Of a stretch of 64,000 nt of DNA, positions 47,201-57,434 are shown piece after piece. The first letter of the stretch is position 1. Each line of letters starts with the position of its first letter. The notes under the pieces are model-generated. The model saw only the letters and a program-made list of their open reading frames with translations. It did no database searches and was not told the origin of the DNA. A program made the position numbers and the translations under genes. Location of the stretch: contig OZ219802.1 of NCBI GenBank assembly GCA_964291655.2, positions 256,001-320,000 of the forward strand, given 5' to 3'. Source of the stretch: Chloroflexota bacterium (GTDB taxonomy: Bacteria > Chloroflexota > UBA11872 > VXOZ01).

Positions 47201-48259
47201 GTGTCAAGAACTCTCGAATTCGACGCAATGCAACTGCACATGACCCAAATCGAGCCTCCCATCGGGCCGGTTCGCTTGTTGCGTCCCGTTACCGGAGGTG
47301 GCGCTCAAGGAGCGAGAGTTTGGCAGGGTGTCTTGGCTTCAGGCACGCACGTTGCAATCAAGCAACATGCACACCCCGGAGCGGGAGATGTTGAGTACGG
47401 TGTGCTGGAAATGCTCTACCGGCTTGGCGCCCCGGTTGCGCGCCCACTACTTTGGCAACCGGAGGCGCGCACACTTATTACGGAGTGGACAGGGTCTCGC
47501 ACACTTGCCGCGGCGATCCAGGAAACCGGCCAACACCGGGAATCGCAGTCTCACGAACTGCGCCGTTTGACCCATGGCTTAGTTCAGAGTTGCACCGCTC
47601 TTGAGACTGCTTTTCAGGGGCTAGCCGCGCGGATGCCGTTTGGCTCAACAGGTGAGCAAGAACGCCGCCGCACGGAGGTCCGGGCGAGGTGCCGTCACGC
47701 GCCTGAGACGTACGAGCGACTTGCGGACTTCTGCGGTCTCGCGATACCGCAGGGCTGGACATCAGCCCTGCGTAAGGCATGGACAGCAGTAGCAGAATCT
47801 ATGTGCAGCGGCAAAACGACGTTCGGCGGTCGCGACTGCACGCCGCGCAACGTGCTTGTTGACGGTTCCGAGATACGGTTTGTGGACTTTGCAGTCGTCG
47901 GCCTCGATTGGCCGGAAGCGCGGCTGGCGCAGTATGCCGCCGCCGTGGCGGCCGGCGCGACGACACAGCCGTTTCAGACCCTCTTGACCCATGGCGAACC
48001 GCAGTGGTACGTTGATAGTGGGTGCATTGAAATTCCACAGTTGGACATGCATCACTTGTTAGTGTGGAGCGAGGTATTGCGGTTGCTTCTCGACGGGAAG
48101 CTGGGAGTGCCAAGTTCCCCGAGCAACTTGCTGGGTCGAAAACTAGACCAGGCAGTGAAGTTGGCGCTCACTCCTTTGGCCCCCACGACACCCGGAGAGT
48201 TGGTACGCTCACTCGTCGCCACAGTCTTTGTACACGGGTCGATCTCATTGAAGCAATGA
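47201..48259 (+). CDS. APH/choline-kinase-like phosphotransferase
   Basis: 'GGGAQGARVW', 'VAIK', 'RDCTPRNVLV', 'FVDF'; start uncertain. Confidence 0.65.
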   Translation: MSRTLEFDAMQLHMTQIEPPIGPVRLLRPVTGGGAQGARVWQGVLASGTHVAIKQHAHPGAGDVEYGVLEMLYRLGAPVARPLLWQPEARTLITEWTGSRTLAAAIQETGQHRESQSHELRRLTHGLVQSCTALETAFQGLAARMPFGSTGEQERRRTEVRARCRHAPETYERLADFCGLAIPQGWTSALRKAWTAVAESMCSGKTTFGGRDCTPRNVLVDGSEIRFVDFAVVGLDWPEARLAQYAAAVAAGATTQPFQTLLTHGEPQWYVDSGCIEIPQLDMHHLLVWSEVLRLLLDGKLGVPSSPSNLLGRKLDQAVKLALTPLAPTTPGELVRSLVATVFVHGSISLKQ

Positions 48260-48273
48260 GGAAGGATAAAACG

Positions 48274-48543
48274 ATGGCAGAGGAATGGAAGCCGCGGGAA
48301 CGCGAGCTGGTAATTGATGGCCTGGAGTGGGTAGGTCGGATGGCCGATAAGGCACGTGCCCAGCATGGCGGCTACATCGGCGAGTACATCTACCCATGCC
48401 CCATGGATCAGCAGGTGCTGCGCGATCTGGGCATGAGCTCGGAAGAGTTCAAGCAAATCGCCGTCGAAGCCGGTACGGATAACGAGCTGGCAGCCAAGGT
48501 AAAGGCCACTTCCGGCAAGGAGACCGTGGCAACACCCACGTGA
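48274..48543 (+). CDS. Small protein, DUF5069-like
   Basis: 'PR..DGLEWVGRMADKARA..GEYIYPCPMDQ'; AAGGA RBS. Confidence 0.65.
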   Translation: MAEEWKPRERELVIDGLEWVGRMADKARAQHGGYIGEYIYPCPMDQQVLRDLGMSSEEFKQIAVEAGTDNELAAKVKATSGKETVATPT

Positions 48544-48755
48544 ACCGCAATCATTGTCGGGACTCTTAGCTCAGCTATCCGCCGAGTCTTGCCGGCCGAT
48601 CGCACCTAGAGGCGATGTTTGCAAGCAAACTTACATACCCGCGCCAAGCGCGGGTATGTTATATTCTTGGGAGCACAACAGAATAGGAGATCTTGATTGC
48701 AATCGAGTAACAGAGTCAACTGGCAAGTATTGCCTGCGCCGCTTGCGATCTGCCA

Positions 48756-49970
48756 GTGACGCGCGATCAAAAAAATGCTGCGCTATTCGGCGCCGTCCTC
48801 GGTCTTCTTCTAAGCGGAGGGTATCTGGTTGCCCGCAGAGTTGCCACACGTGTGCAGCCGAACATCATCGACTGGCAGCGCACAGAGCGCATCGCCATGC
48901 GCATTGCCGCGCGCAACCCGGAGGGCGTTCTCCCAAGCGGAACGCGAGAATCACTCCTCACGGACTATCAGGCGCTGGTGCAGCTCAGCCACGATCAGAT
49001 TACACCCTTCATTCAGCTTGACACTGCCCCCCGCAGCCATGAAGTAGAAGTGCTGGACCGTCCCCTATGGGTCCAACGCAATCTCACCACTGTGCAACGC
49101 CTGTTGCAGCCCTTGGAAGACGTGTACCTGGAGAGTGTTGGGTCAAATAGCAACACGTTGTTCCGACTTGCGCACGGGAGCATGCAACTCACTATGTCTG
49201 CGCAGATGGGTATCGTGTTGGGCTTTCTTTCGCGAAACGTATTAGGTCAATTCGACATGCCGTTCTTGGCGCCGCCCGCCTCCAAGGAGAGTGCGGCTCT
49301 TGATCAGTCAAGCAGAATCTACTTTGTTGAACCCAACATTCGCCGTCTGCAGCAACGTCTCGACATCCCGCCGGACGCGTTCCGGCTCTGGATCGCGCTT
49401 CATGAGACCACCCATGCCATTCAGTTTCAGGTGGCACCTTGGCTTGCAGGGCATCTCGGAAGCCTTATCGAGTCGTACGTAGAGAGCTTCCGCGAGTTAC
49501 TCCGCGAGTCTTCCCACCCGTTGCGCGCGATGCTCTTGCCCGGGGCTGAAGCTACAGAGGATCGCGAGCGCCTCGGTGGGTTAGTCAGTCTCCTCACGAC
49601 GCCGGAACAACGAGACATGCTTGCGCGCGTGCAAGGTGTGATGAGCCTTGTGGAGGGCTACAGCAACTACATCATGGACGCTTTGGGCGAGCAGCTCATT
49701 ACCGGATTTCCCACCATGCGGAAACGGCTGGAAGAACGCAAACGCGGTTCGCTCGAGCGGGCCGTTATGCGGCTGCTTGGTTTTGACCTTAAGCTCGCGC
49801 AATATCGCCTCGGTGAGCGCTTTGTGCGCCAGGTTGTGGATAGTGAAGACATGTCCTTTCTCAACCGCGTCTGGGAATCAGAGCACGCCATGCCGACGCT
49901 GGATGAGATCAATGCGCCCGATGAGTGGGTGGCGCGCATGCAGGGAGTTCGTAGCGCACCGAACCCATAG
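48756..49970 (+). CDS. Zincin-like metalloprotease (DUF2342/F420-biosynthesis-associated family)
   Basis: 'VLGQFD', 'FRLWIALHETTHAIQF', 'EGYSNYIMD', 'KLAQYRLGERF'. Confidence 0.85.
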   Translation: MTRDQKNAALFGAVLGLLLSGGYLVARRVATRVQPNIIDWQRTERIAMRIAARNPEGVLPSGTRESLLTDYQALVQLSHDQITPFIQLDTAPRSHEVEVLDRPLWVQRNLTTVQRLLQPLEDVYLESVGSNSNTLFRLAHGSMQLTMSAQMGIVLGFLSRNVLGQFDMPFLAPPASKESAALDQSSRIYFVEPNIRRLQQRLDIPPDAFRLWIALHETTHAIQFQVAPWLAGHLGSLIESYVESFRELLRESSHPLRAMLLPGAEATEDRERLGGLVSLLTTPEQRDMLARVQGVMSLVEGYSNYIMDALGEQLITGFPTMRKRLEERKRGSLERAVMRLLGFDLKLAQYRLGERFVRQVVDSEDMSFLNRVWESEHAMPTLDEINAPDEWVARMQGVRSAPNP

Positions 49971-50048
49971 GTGCGCGACTTGGAATCTTGGGGCTGCCAA
50001 CCGAGCAGTAGTTCTGCACACGGCCGCACTTTACAACGTCACTACCTG

Positions 50049-50720
50049 CTAGTCCTCGCTCTTGCGCACGACGTCCCCTACCTCTGACGGCTGCGCAAAT
50101 GCAAAGTCCGGCTTTTCCCCGAGCAACGCCTCTTGATCCACCGCCCCCCAGAGCGCAGCACCGGTGCTTACTCCTGCCAAGCGGCCGCACTGGATGTCTG
50201 TGTCGCTCTCTCCAATGAGGAGCGCTTCTTGGGCGGATGCGCCACTCACTTCCAAGGCTCTGGTTGCGGCATCGGCAAAGGGCTTGGGCCGTTCTATATC
50301 GTCTTGGAAAACTACAGCGCTCACGAAGGATGCCAGCCCGCTGGCTTCCATGTCCTTACTTCCTGCCGCCCGCGTGCTGCCGGAGAGGACAACGACGGTC
50401 GTTCCCAGATCAACCAGCGCGGCCAGCATTTCCGGGACGCCGGGAAACGGCACGATGGACTCATGCCGGCGGCTTTCCCAGTGCTCCAAGAAGACCCGGC
50501 GCAATTCATTTGCCACGGGCTCGCGTCCTTCGGCGGCGGCAACAAAGGGGTCTTCAAGCGGGCCGGAGAACTGCTCGGCAAGATCTTCGCGCGAAAACTT
50601 GCCTGGAGCCCATTGTTCCAATGCGGCAAACGTGGCTTCGAGAACGGCGGGGCGGACGTCGACCAATGTGCCGACAAGATCAAATATGCAACACCGAATG
50701 GCTGCTGGCGCCATTAGCAT
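50049..50720 (-). CDS. HAD hydrolase (Gph/PpaX-like)
   Basis: 'FDLVGTLVD', 'PKP', 'IGESDTDI', 'ALWG'; second Asp of motif I and the motif IV Asp are atypical. Confidence 0.8.
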   Translation of the reverse strand: MLMAPAAIRCCIFDLVGTLVDVRPAVLEATFAALEQWAPGKFSREDLAEQFSGPLEDPFVAAAEGREPVANELRRVFLEHWESRRHESIVPFPGVPEMLAALVDLGTTVVVLSGSTRAAGSKDMEASGLASFVSAVVFQDDIERPKPFADAATRALEVSGASAQEALLIGESDTDIQCGRLAGVSTGAALWGAVDQEALLGEKPDFAFAQPSEVGDVVRKSED

Positions 50721-50735
50721 GTCTCAACAGTCTGG

Positions 50736-52349
50736 CTACCCATCTGTCACGAGGATTGCGTACTCCAAGGAGTCCGCAAGCGCGGAGTAACTGGCTTCGA
50801 TGATGTTCGTGGAGCTACCCACCGTACTCCATTCGGAGTGGCCGTTGGTGCTTTCGATCATCACCCGCACGCCGGCCCTGGTAGCGCTGCTTTCATCGAG
50901 TACGCGCACCTTGTAGTCCATCAGCCGCACCCGTTCAAGCTGGGGATAGGCGGAAACGAGGGCCTTACGCATAGCCGTGTCCAGAGCGTTCACCGGACCG
51001 TTCCCCTCTGCAGCCGTGTGCTGCACCTCATCGCCCACCTGGATCTTGACGGTGGCTTCCGAGAGAATACTCCTGCCGCCGCGCGTTTCGACTAGTACTA
51101 GAAAGTCCAACAGCGAAAATGGCGGCGTGTAATTGGGCTGGCGACGCTTGATGAGCAACTCAAATGAAGCTTCGGCGCCTTCAAACTGAAATCCGCGCTG
51201 CTCCAGGTCCTTGATCTCTTCCACCAAACCGTGCAGGTCTTCACTCTGGCGGGAGAGGCGCAGACCCAAGCGCTCGGCCCGCGATAGCACGCTGCTGCGT
51301 CCGCTCAATTCTGAAATAAGCACCCGCATTTCGTTCCCCACAAGCGCGGGATCAATGTGTTGGTAAGCAATCTGACTCTTCGCCATGCCGTCGGCATGGT
51401 ACCCGGCCTTGTGGGCAAATGCGGAGTGTCCCACATAGGGCATGAAGGGATTGAGCGCCATATTGGCAATCTCGCTCACGAACCGCGCCACATCGGAGAG
51501 ATGCTGCAGCTGGTCTGACTTGATAGCCGAGTGGCCAAGCTTCAGCTGCAGGTTGGGAATCACGGTGCACAGGTTTGCATTGCCGCAGCGCTCGCCAACG
51601 CCGTTTACCGTGCCCTGTACGTGTGACGCACCACTCTCTACCGCTGTCAGGGTATTGGCAGTGGCAAGATCAGCATCGTTGTGCGCGTGGATGCCGATGG
51701 GCACGTCGAACTCGGCGACAACTCGCCGAGTCACGCTTCTAACGTCGTTCGGCACGCTACCGCCATTCGTATCGCACAGCACCAGGCAGTCAGCGCCGGC
51801 TTCCTGAGCAGCGCGCAGAGCAGCCATTGCGTACTCCGGACTTGCGCGATACCCATCGAAGAAGTGTTCCGCATCGAAGAACACCTCGAGACCATGGCGC
51901 TTGAGGTAGGCAATAGTCTCGCTAATCATTGCCAGGTTGTTTTCCAGCGTCGTATCGAGAACGGCCGAAACGTGGTGGTCCCACGCCTTACCCACGATGC
52001 ACACCGCGCGAGTGCCCGTGCCAATGAGCGCCCGCACGCCAGCATCATTCTCAACGCTCGTTGACTTGTGCCGGGTACTGCCAAACGCCGTAATGGTGAT
52101 ATTCTTCCAATCAATGTCCTGTGCCAAGCGGAAGAACTCTTGATCTTTAGGGTTTGAGCCCGGGTAGCCGCCTTCCACGTAGTGCACACCCAGTTCATCT
52201 AGCCGACGGGCAATCTTGAGTTTGTCGGCGGCGGCGAATGAGAGTCCTTCAGCCTGAGCGCCGTCACGAAGAGTCGTATCGTAAACGACAGTGTGACGCT
52301 CCGACTGCGCTAGTTGAGATGCCGATCGCTCAGTCACTGTTCTAGCCAA
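50736..52349 (-). CDS. cimA: Citramalate synthase
   Basis: 'DTTLRDGAQ', 'FFDAEHFFDG', 'LCDTNGG', 'HAHND', 'GERCGNAN', 'GNGPVNALD'. Confidence 0.92.
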   Translation of the reverse strand: MARTVTERSASQLAQSERHTVVYDTTLRDGAQAEGLSFAAADKLKIARRLDELGVHYVEGGYPGSNPKDQEFFRLAQDIDWKNITITAFGSTRHKSTSVENDAGVRALIGTGTRAVCIVGKAWDHHVSAVLDTTLENNLAMISETIAYLKRHGLEVFFDAEHFFDGYRASPEYAMAALRAAQEAGADCLVLCDTNGGSVPNDVRSVTRRVVAEFDVPIGIHAHNDADLATANTLTAVESGASHVQGTVNGVGERCGNANLCTVIPNLQLKLGHSAIKSDQLQHLSDVARFVSEIANMALNPFMPYVGHSAFAHKAGYHADGMAKSQIAYQHIDPALVGNEMRVLISELSGRSSVLSRAERLGLRLSRQSEDLHGLVEEIKDLEQRGFQFEGAEASFELLIKRRQPNYTPPFSLLDFLVLVETRGGRSILSEATVKIQVGDEVQHTAAEGNGPVNALDTAMRKALVSAYPQLERVRLMDYKVRVLDESSATRAGVRVMIESTNGHSEWSTVGSSTNIIEASYSALADSLEYAILVTDG

Positions 52350-52428
52350 GGAACAATCCTATCCAAGCCATTTGTGCAGTGTTTCACAATGTTACTCGAC
52401 TGAATTCTACCACAAGAGCCACGTCTGA

Positions 52429-53136
52429 TTACGTCATTTCTTCGTCCTGCTTGGAGCCCATGAGATACCAACCATAGACTAAGCCGGCGACAATCGCACC
52501 GCACAGAGGGCCAATCCAATAGACGAGGTGGTTCTCCCAGAAATTCGCGGCTACGGCCGGACCGAACGTACGTGCCGGGTTCATTGACGCGCCGGTGAGC
52601 GGACCGCCGATGAGGATATCCGCCGCAATGGTTAGACCGATGGCAAAGCCGCCAACCTTGGCAGCGCGTGGGTCCATGGCGGTGCCGAATACGACAATAA
52701 CGAGAATGAAAGTGAGAATTGCTTCAATGAGAACGGCGGTGCCAAATGAAATCTCCGCTGCCACCGCTGGTGTGCCGAGGTTGACGGATTGCCAGACATC
52801 GGTGGGGAAAACTGCACGCAAGGCAAAGCCGGCCAACACCGCGGCAACCAGCTGCGCCACTATGTAAAGTGCACCGTGTAGAATATCGATCTGCCGTCCC
52901 ACAAATGCTGCTACGGTAACAGCCGGGTTAAAGTGTCCGCCGGAAATGTGGCCGAATGCCGTTACCATAATCGCAAGCGCCAGACCGTGGGCGAGCGCGA
53001 TTGCGACCAAACCGGGACCGTCTCCCCCGCGCGAAACGATGAACGCATCCGTGACAATGGCGCCTGCGCCAATGAAGAAAAAACAAAATGTCCCAATGAA
53101 CTCAGCGACGAGTGCTTTCGGTGTATTCTCGGTCAT
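52429..53136 (-). CDS. MIP-family aquaporin
   Basis: 'AEFIGTF', 'SGGHFNPAVT', 'GASMNPAR'. Confidence 0.95.
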   Translation of the reverse strand: MTENTPKALVAEFIGTFCFFFIGAGAIVTDAFIVSRGGDGPGLVAIALAHGLALAIMVTAFGHISGGHFNPAVTVAAFVGRQIDILHGALYIVAQLVAAVLAGFALRAVFPTDVWQSVNLGTPAVAAEISFGTAVLIEAILTFILVIVVFGTAMDPRAAKVGGFAIGLTIAADILIGGPLTGASMNPARTFGPAVAANFWENHLVYWIGPLCGAIVAGLVYGWYLMGSKQDEEMT

Positions 53137-53434
53137 GGCATCGCCTTTCCCTTGGATTGTTCTGTTTGCAACAGCAACATTGTCCGAACGTCTGACAGTT
53201 GTTATTGTGCAATGTGGACTGTGAATGTCAAATCAGGTAAGAAGAGAGACGAGGTTAAGCCGGATTTATGTTTATTGCCGCAGATCCTATACTCCAGAGA
53301 ACTGGGTAGTTACATTGTCCGACTGTGATTCCGAAATTGAATACCGCATTGATTCGGTGCTGCGAGTTGCAGCCAGGGCTGCTGGTCTCTTTTGTAAACA
53401 ATGAATCTAATTTACCTACTGAAAGTGAGTAACT

Positions 53435-55417
53435 ATGCCTAGATCTGAAGACGCGTCAGAAACCGGGACCGTAGCAATTACGCCGGATTCCGGCCGTGCC
53501 GGCACCTGGGGTACGTGGGTCGTGACCTACACGGTGGGCGCGGCGGGCATTGCGATCGGCGGTGGCCTGCAAGTCGCCCTCCCGCAACGCTGGCACCAGT
53601 GGTGGCGCAACTCCGCCCGCCGCGTGCAGAGCGTAGATCCCACTGCCCCTTTCTTCGTCACTGCGCATGCGGACCGCCCTAGCGTGCATCTGGGTTGTGA
53701 GGTGCTCGACGCGACCGAGGGTGAGTACGCAAAAACGTACCGGCGCAATGTAGGCTACCCGACTGGGAGCCGGTATGCCTGGACGGTGCAGGTAAACGTT
53801 GTGGAAGGCGCGCTGCAGGCGGGTGACACCATCACCGTGATCTACGGTGACATGAGTCATGGCGGTCGCGGCTTCACGCCGCCCCTATGGACGGGATCGC
53901 CGGAGCGCGTGCGCGCTGCCGTGGATCATTCAGGCGCTGGGACATTTACGCTCTTGCCGGACGCGGCCCTGCCGTGGCTGCATAGCGAGCCGGGGCCACC
54001 GGTAGAATTGTCCATCGTACTTGACTCTTGCGGTGTCGTGGGCCGGAGTACGCGTGTACGCATGGTGGCACTGGATGAATTCCATAATCCAGTCCCAGCT
54101 CCAGACACTGTTGTGTATCTGGTCGTCGAAACGGGGGCGGCCACCATACGAGAAAACCCAGTAAAACTCAGTGACGCAAGCACGTGGGGTTGCAGGGAGT
54201 TTTCGCTAACCCCGACCGAAGAGGGAGTCCTCCGTCTGCGGGGCACAACCCAGGACGGGATACTGTACAGTTTTTCCAATCCGTGCAAAGTGCTTGCCGC
54301 TTCAGCGAGTGGACCGGATGCGGCTAGCGACGGTCTTTTTTGGGGCGACATTCACTCACACAGCAATTACTCTTGGGACGGCACGGGCACACGGGACGAT
54401 CACTTCCGCTACGCGCGCTACGCCTCGCTGCTTGACGTTTACAGCGCCACTGACCACAACGATAGACGCAGCATGAGCCAGGAAGACTGGCAGCAAAACG
54501 TCGCCTACACGAAAAAGTGGCACGAGCCGGGAGTGTTCGCCACGATTCTTGGTTACGAGGCGAGCTTTGGCGCGCCCTACGGCCACCACAACGTCTACTA
54601 TCGCGGCGGCGAGGGGCGGCTTTACTACCATGACGAGGAAAACCCGGAGGAGATTTGGCAACGGGGAGAGCGCGGAAATTTAGCTGGCGAGATGTTCACC
54701 ATCCCCCATCATACCGGCGGCTTCGCCCGTCCGGGAGGCGGCGTGAAGCACGACTGGAGCATTCACGACCCGCGGTTTCGCCCAAGCATTGAGATTTACT
54801 CGTCTCACGGCCTTAGCGAGGAGTACGCGCCGGACCATCCCATTTCGATGGACGTTTCCGACTTTACCTTCAACGGCCCCGGCGATCCCGGCAACTACAC
54901 GGTGGACGCGTGGCTGGCGGGACTCAAACTCGGCACGATCGGCTCGTCGGACAACCACGGATCGCAGCCTGGGAAAGAGGGCTTTGGCACCATGGCGGTC
55001 TGGGCGCCGGAACTGACCCGTGAAGCGGCCTTTGACGCCATCCGCAACCGACGTACGTATGGCAGCACAGGCTCCCGCATCTACCTGGAATTCACAGTCA
55101 ATGGCGAGCCGATGGGCGGCGAAACGACCGTTGCCGCCGAGCAGCCAGTCGCCGTGCATGTTGAAGCGCTGGGCACCGGCCCGCTTCGTTGGATCCACAT
55201 CTTACGCGGCGACCTCGACCAGCCGAAGACAGGCTTCTCCGTCGTCCATCAAGAGTGGTTCCCCGGCAGCAGCGCGCCATTGGACTTCACCCTAGATTGG
55301 ACCGACGAAAGTCCACCAGCCCGCGCAATCTACTACGTCCGCGTCCGCCAACGCGACCTCGTCCACGGCCGCGTCGCCCAGGCCTGGAGCAGTCCCATAT
55401 GGGTGACGACAGCCTAA
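53435..55417 (+). CDS. DUF3604-like PHP-fold metallohydrolase
   Basis: 'FWGDIHSHS', 'TDH', 'GYE', 'GHHNV', 'IPHH', 'SSDNH', 'YYVRV', 'WSSPIW'. Confidence 0.8.
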   Translation: MPRSEDASETGTVAITPDSGRAGTWGTWVVTYTVGAAGIAIGGGLQVALPQRWHQWWRNSARRVQSVDPTAPFFVTAHADRPSVHLGCEVLDATEGEYAKTYRRNVGYPTGSRYAWTVQVNVVEGALQAGDTITVIYGDMSHGGRGFTPPLWTGSPERVRAAVDHSGAGTFTLLPDAALPWLHSEPGPPVELSIVLDSCGVVGRSTRVRMVALDEFHNPVPAPDTVVYLVVETGAATIRENPVKLSDASTWGCREFSLTPTEEGVLRLRGTTQDGILYSFSNPCKVLAASASGPDAASDGLFWGDIHSHSNYSWDGTGTRDDHFRYARYASLLDVYSATDHNDRRSMSQEDWQQNVAYTKKWHEPGVFATILGYEASFGAPYGHHNVYYRGGEGRLYYHDEENPEEIWQRGERGNLAGEMFTIPHHTGGFARPGGGVKHDWSIHDPRFRPSIEIYSSHGLSEEYAPDHPISMDVSDFTFNGPGDPGNYTVDAWLAGLKLGTIGSSDNHGSQPGKEGFGTMAVWAPELTREAAFDAIRNRRTYGSTGSRIYLEFTVNGEPMGGETTVAAEQPVAVHVEALGTGPLRWIHILRGDLDQPKTGFSVVHQEWFPGSSAPLDFTLDWTDESPPARAIYYVRVRQRDLVHGRVAQAWSSPIWVTTA

Positions 55418-55538
55418 AATCATGGACATGGCTGCAAAAGCCACGCTATGATCGCAGTGTAGTATTGGAGTTGTGATGCGAGAATGCGTGCCGCATCCCA
55501 ACATTCAGGTCTTGAAGTGAAACCGTAAGGCTACTCTC

Positions 55539-55850
55539 ATGAGTCAAGACGCAAAGCAAGAGCCTCCTCTGTCCACCGCCACCGTAGAGAGTGTTGTGGT
55601 ACCAATTCTTAGACGATATGGGGCAAAGCGGGCAGGCCTCTTTGGATCTCTCATACACGGTAACCTTAGGCCTGAGAGTGACATTGACTTGGTGGTGGAA
55701 TTACCAGAGGGGGCCAGTCTTTTGGATCTTGCCGGCCTCGGCCTGGACCTGGAACAGGCGTTGGGCCGCAATGTTGATATTCTGACCTATAACTCAATCC
55801 ATCCGCGCCTCCGCGAGAGCATCCTCGCAGAGCAAATTGTCGTTCTCTAG
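55539..55850 (+). CDS. MntA-type minimal nucleotidyltransferase antitoxin
   Basis: GSx10DxD motif 'FGSLIHGNLRPESDID'. Confidence 0.88.
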   Translation: MSQDAKQEPPLSTATVESVVVPILRRYGAKRAGLFGSLIHGNLRPESDIDLVVELPEGASLLDLAGLGLDLEQALGRNVDILTYNSIHPRLRESILAEQIVVL

Positions 55851-55854
55851 ACCA

Positions 55855-56199
55855 ATGCCCACAGACCCTACCGTCTACCTTCAAGACATCCTAGAGAGTA
55901 TAAACCTCATCGAGGTGTATACAAGAAACCTCACACGGTCAGAGTTTTTAGCCTCGCAGGAGAAGCAGGACGCCGTGATACGCAGATTGGAAATCATTGG
56001 TGAAGCAACGCGTCATCTCCCTGCGGAAACTACTGCCGCCCACCCAGAGATTCCTTGGGTCCGTATCATTGCAATGCGCAATCGACTGATCCACGCCTAC
56101 GGACTGGTAGACCTTCAACTCACGTGGGCAGTCGTCGAGCATGAGCTACCGAAGCTTAAAGAACGGGTGCGCACGCTCCTTGAACAGTACGAAAAATAG
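55855..56199 (+). CDS. HepT/DUF86 HEPN RNase toxin
   Basis: 'LEIIGEA', 'IPW', RxxxxHxY 'RNRLIHAY'. Confidence 0.9.
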   Translation: MPTDPTVYLQDILESINLIEVYTRNLTRSEFLASQEKQDAVIRRLEIIGEATRHLPAETTAAHPEIPWVRIIAMRNRLIHAYGLVDLQLTWAVVEHELPKLKERVRTLLEQYEK

Positions 56200-56218
56200 T
56201 GACCATTCACCGTGGCCC

Positions 56219-57319
56219 CTAATTGGAACTGCTCGCAACGTTACGCCTTGGAAAAGCCGCATGGGCCTCCTTGAGAAAGTCACGGAACACTTCCGAATCC
56301 AGGGTGTAGTCTTGCTTGATGTAAAGCCTGCCCCACGGGTTCTGTGGGTCGATTGAGATTGAACTAGGCAGTCTAAGCTTCTCCGCCAGTGTGGCGTCAG
56401 TCGAGTACTCGGCTACTCCCAACCTTTGGGCCAGATTCGCTTGGGTAAATGTGCCAATTCCCATGCGAAAATCCATAACCAATGAGGATGTACGTGCATT
56501 TATGTATAGCCATCGGCGGTTTTTGATCCCGTACGAGACGTAAAACTTCTGGTTCCAGTGCGGGCCTTCAGCATCCTCAATCGTTTCGTCTATGAGACTG
56601 GTCAGTTGAATTAGCATTTCACTCGACCTAGGACCGCACCGCTCTTCTAAATGCCACTTTCTGCCATTGTTGATCCAAGGGCGTGGACCACCGCCGTCTC
56701 CGATACCAACACCCTGAAAACGGTCAACCGGCAATGGGACGATGAGTCGCGGTTGCAAGAGTGTGGCATCCCCTTCCCGATACACCTCCACTTCAATCGC
56801 CTTAATGTCGATACCATGCTCTCGCAGCCAGAGCGCCACGCTGCCCAGCTTGTCGCGAATAGCGGAGCCAACTAGGATTGTGCGCTGGTCGGCATTCAAT
56901 GCTGGCACGTCCCCGGTGTCATTGTCAGCGCAGAACTGTGCAAACACATCATCGAGGCTAAATTCAGTCTCGCCGCCCTCTTTGAAGAAACGTTGTGCTT
57001 ACCGTTCAAAGTCTGCAGTGTGCCAACGTGAAACGTAACTCGCATAGCGCAGGGCTTGCATGTCGACGGGATCCGAAAGTTGGTCGCGCTTCAACTCAAT
57101 GATCACGCCGTTTCCTTCAAGATCAAGCGCAAGAATGTCGATTCGATCCTTTACGTCTGGTATCAACACTTGGCGTCCAATGACAAGTAGCGGTTCATCC
57201 AGGAACTCCGGATTAGCAATTATCCAGTCCTCCAAGTGCTCTTCTAAGAATTGCTGCTGATCGAGCGTTGTTTCTGCTATTTGCTGCAGACCGTCTTGCG
57301 TGGTCTTCCAGATAGGCAT
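56219..57319 (-). pseudogene. NucS/DUF91-like PD-(D/E)xK nuclease with in-frame TAA at 56999-57001
   Basis: ATG 57319 with RBS; 'RIDILALD..IIELKR..QALRYASY'; same frame continues past the stop into ORF 56219..56947. Confidence 0.8.
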
Positions 57320-57434
57320 AGAAGTCCTTTCCTCACACAGCCTCGGCAGTTTCTGGCACACTGTAGACGAACTATACAGTTTTGATCGCGCTGTTGGTCT
57401 CGTCGATACGATGGATAGAAAAAGGGGTTTTGCC

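Noticed and set aside
53340-53393. Small RNA/terminator of three short hairpins plus T-run
   Set aside because: Stems are only 4-5 bp, too weak to support a call.
56999-57001. Selenocysteine/pyrrolysine recoding
   Set aside because: The stop is TAA, and other genes in the window terminate normally with TAA.
57300-57434. Extended N-terminus of the CocE hydrolase; likewise 9797..10054 for comA and 56999..57649 start
   Set aside because: The extensions overlap neighbouring genes, and better RBS-supported starts lie downstream.
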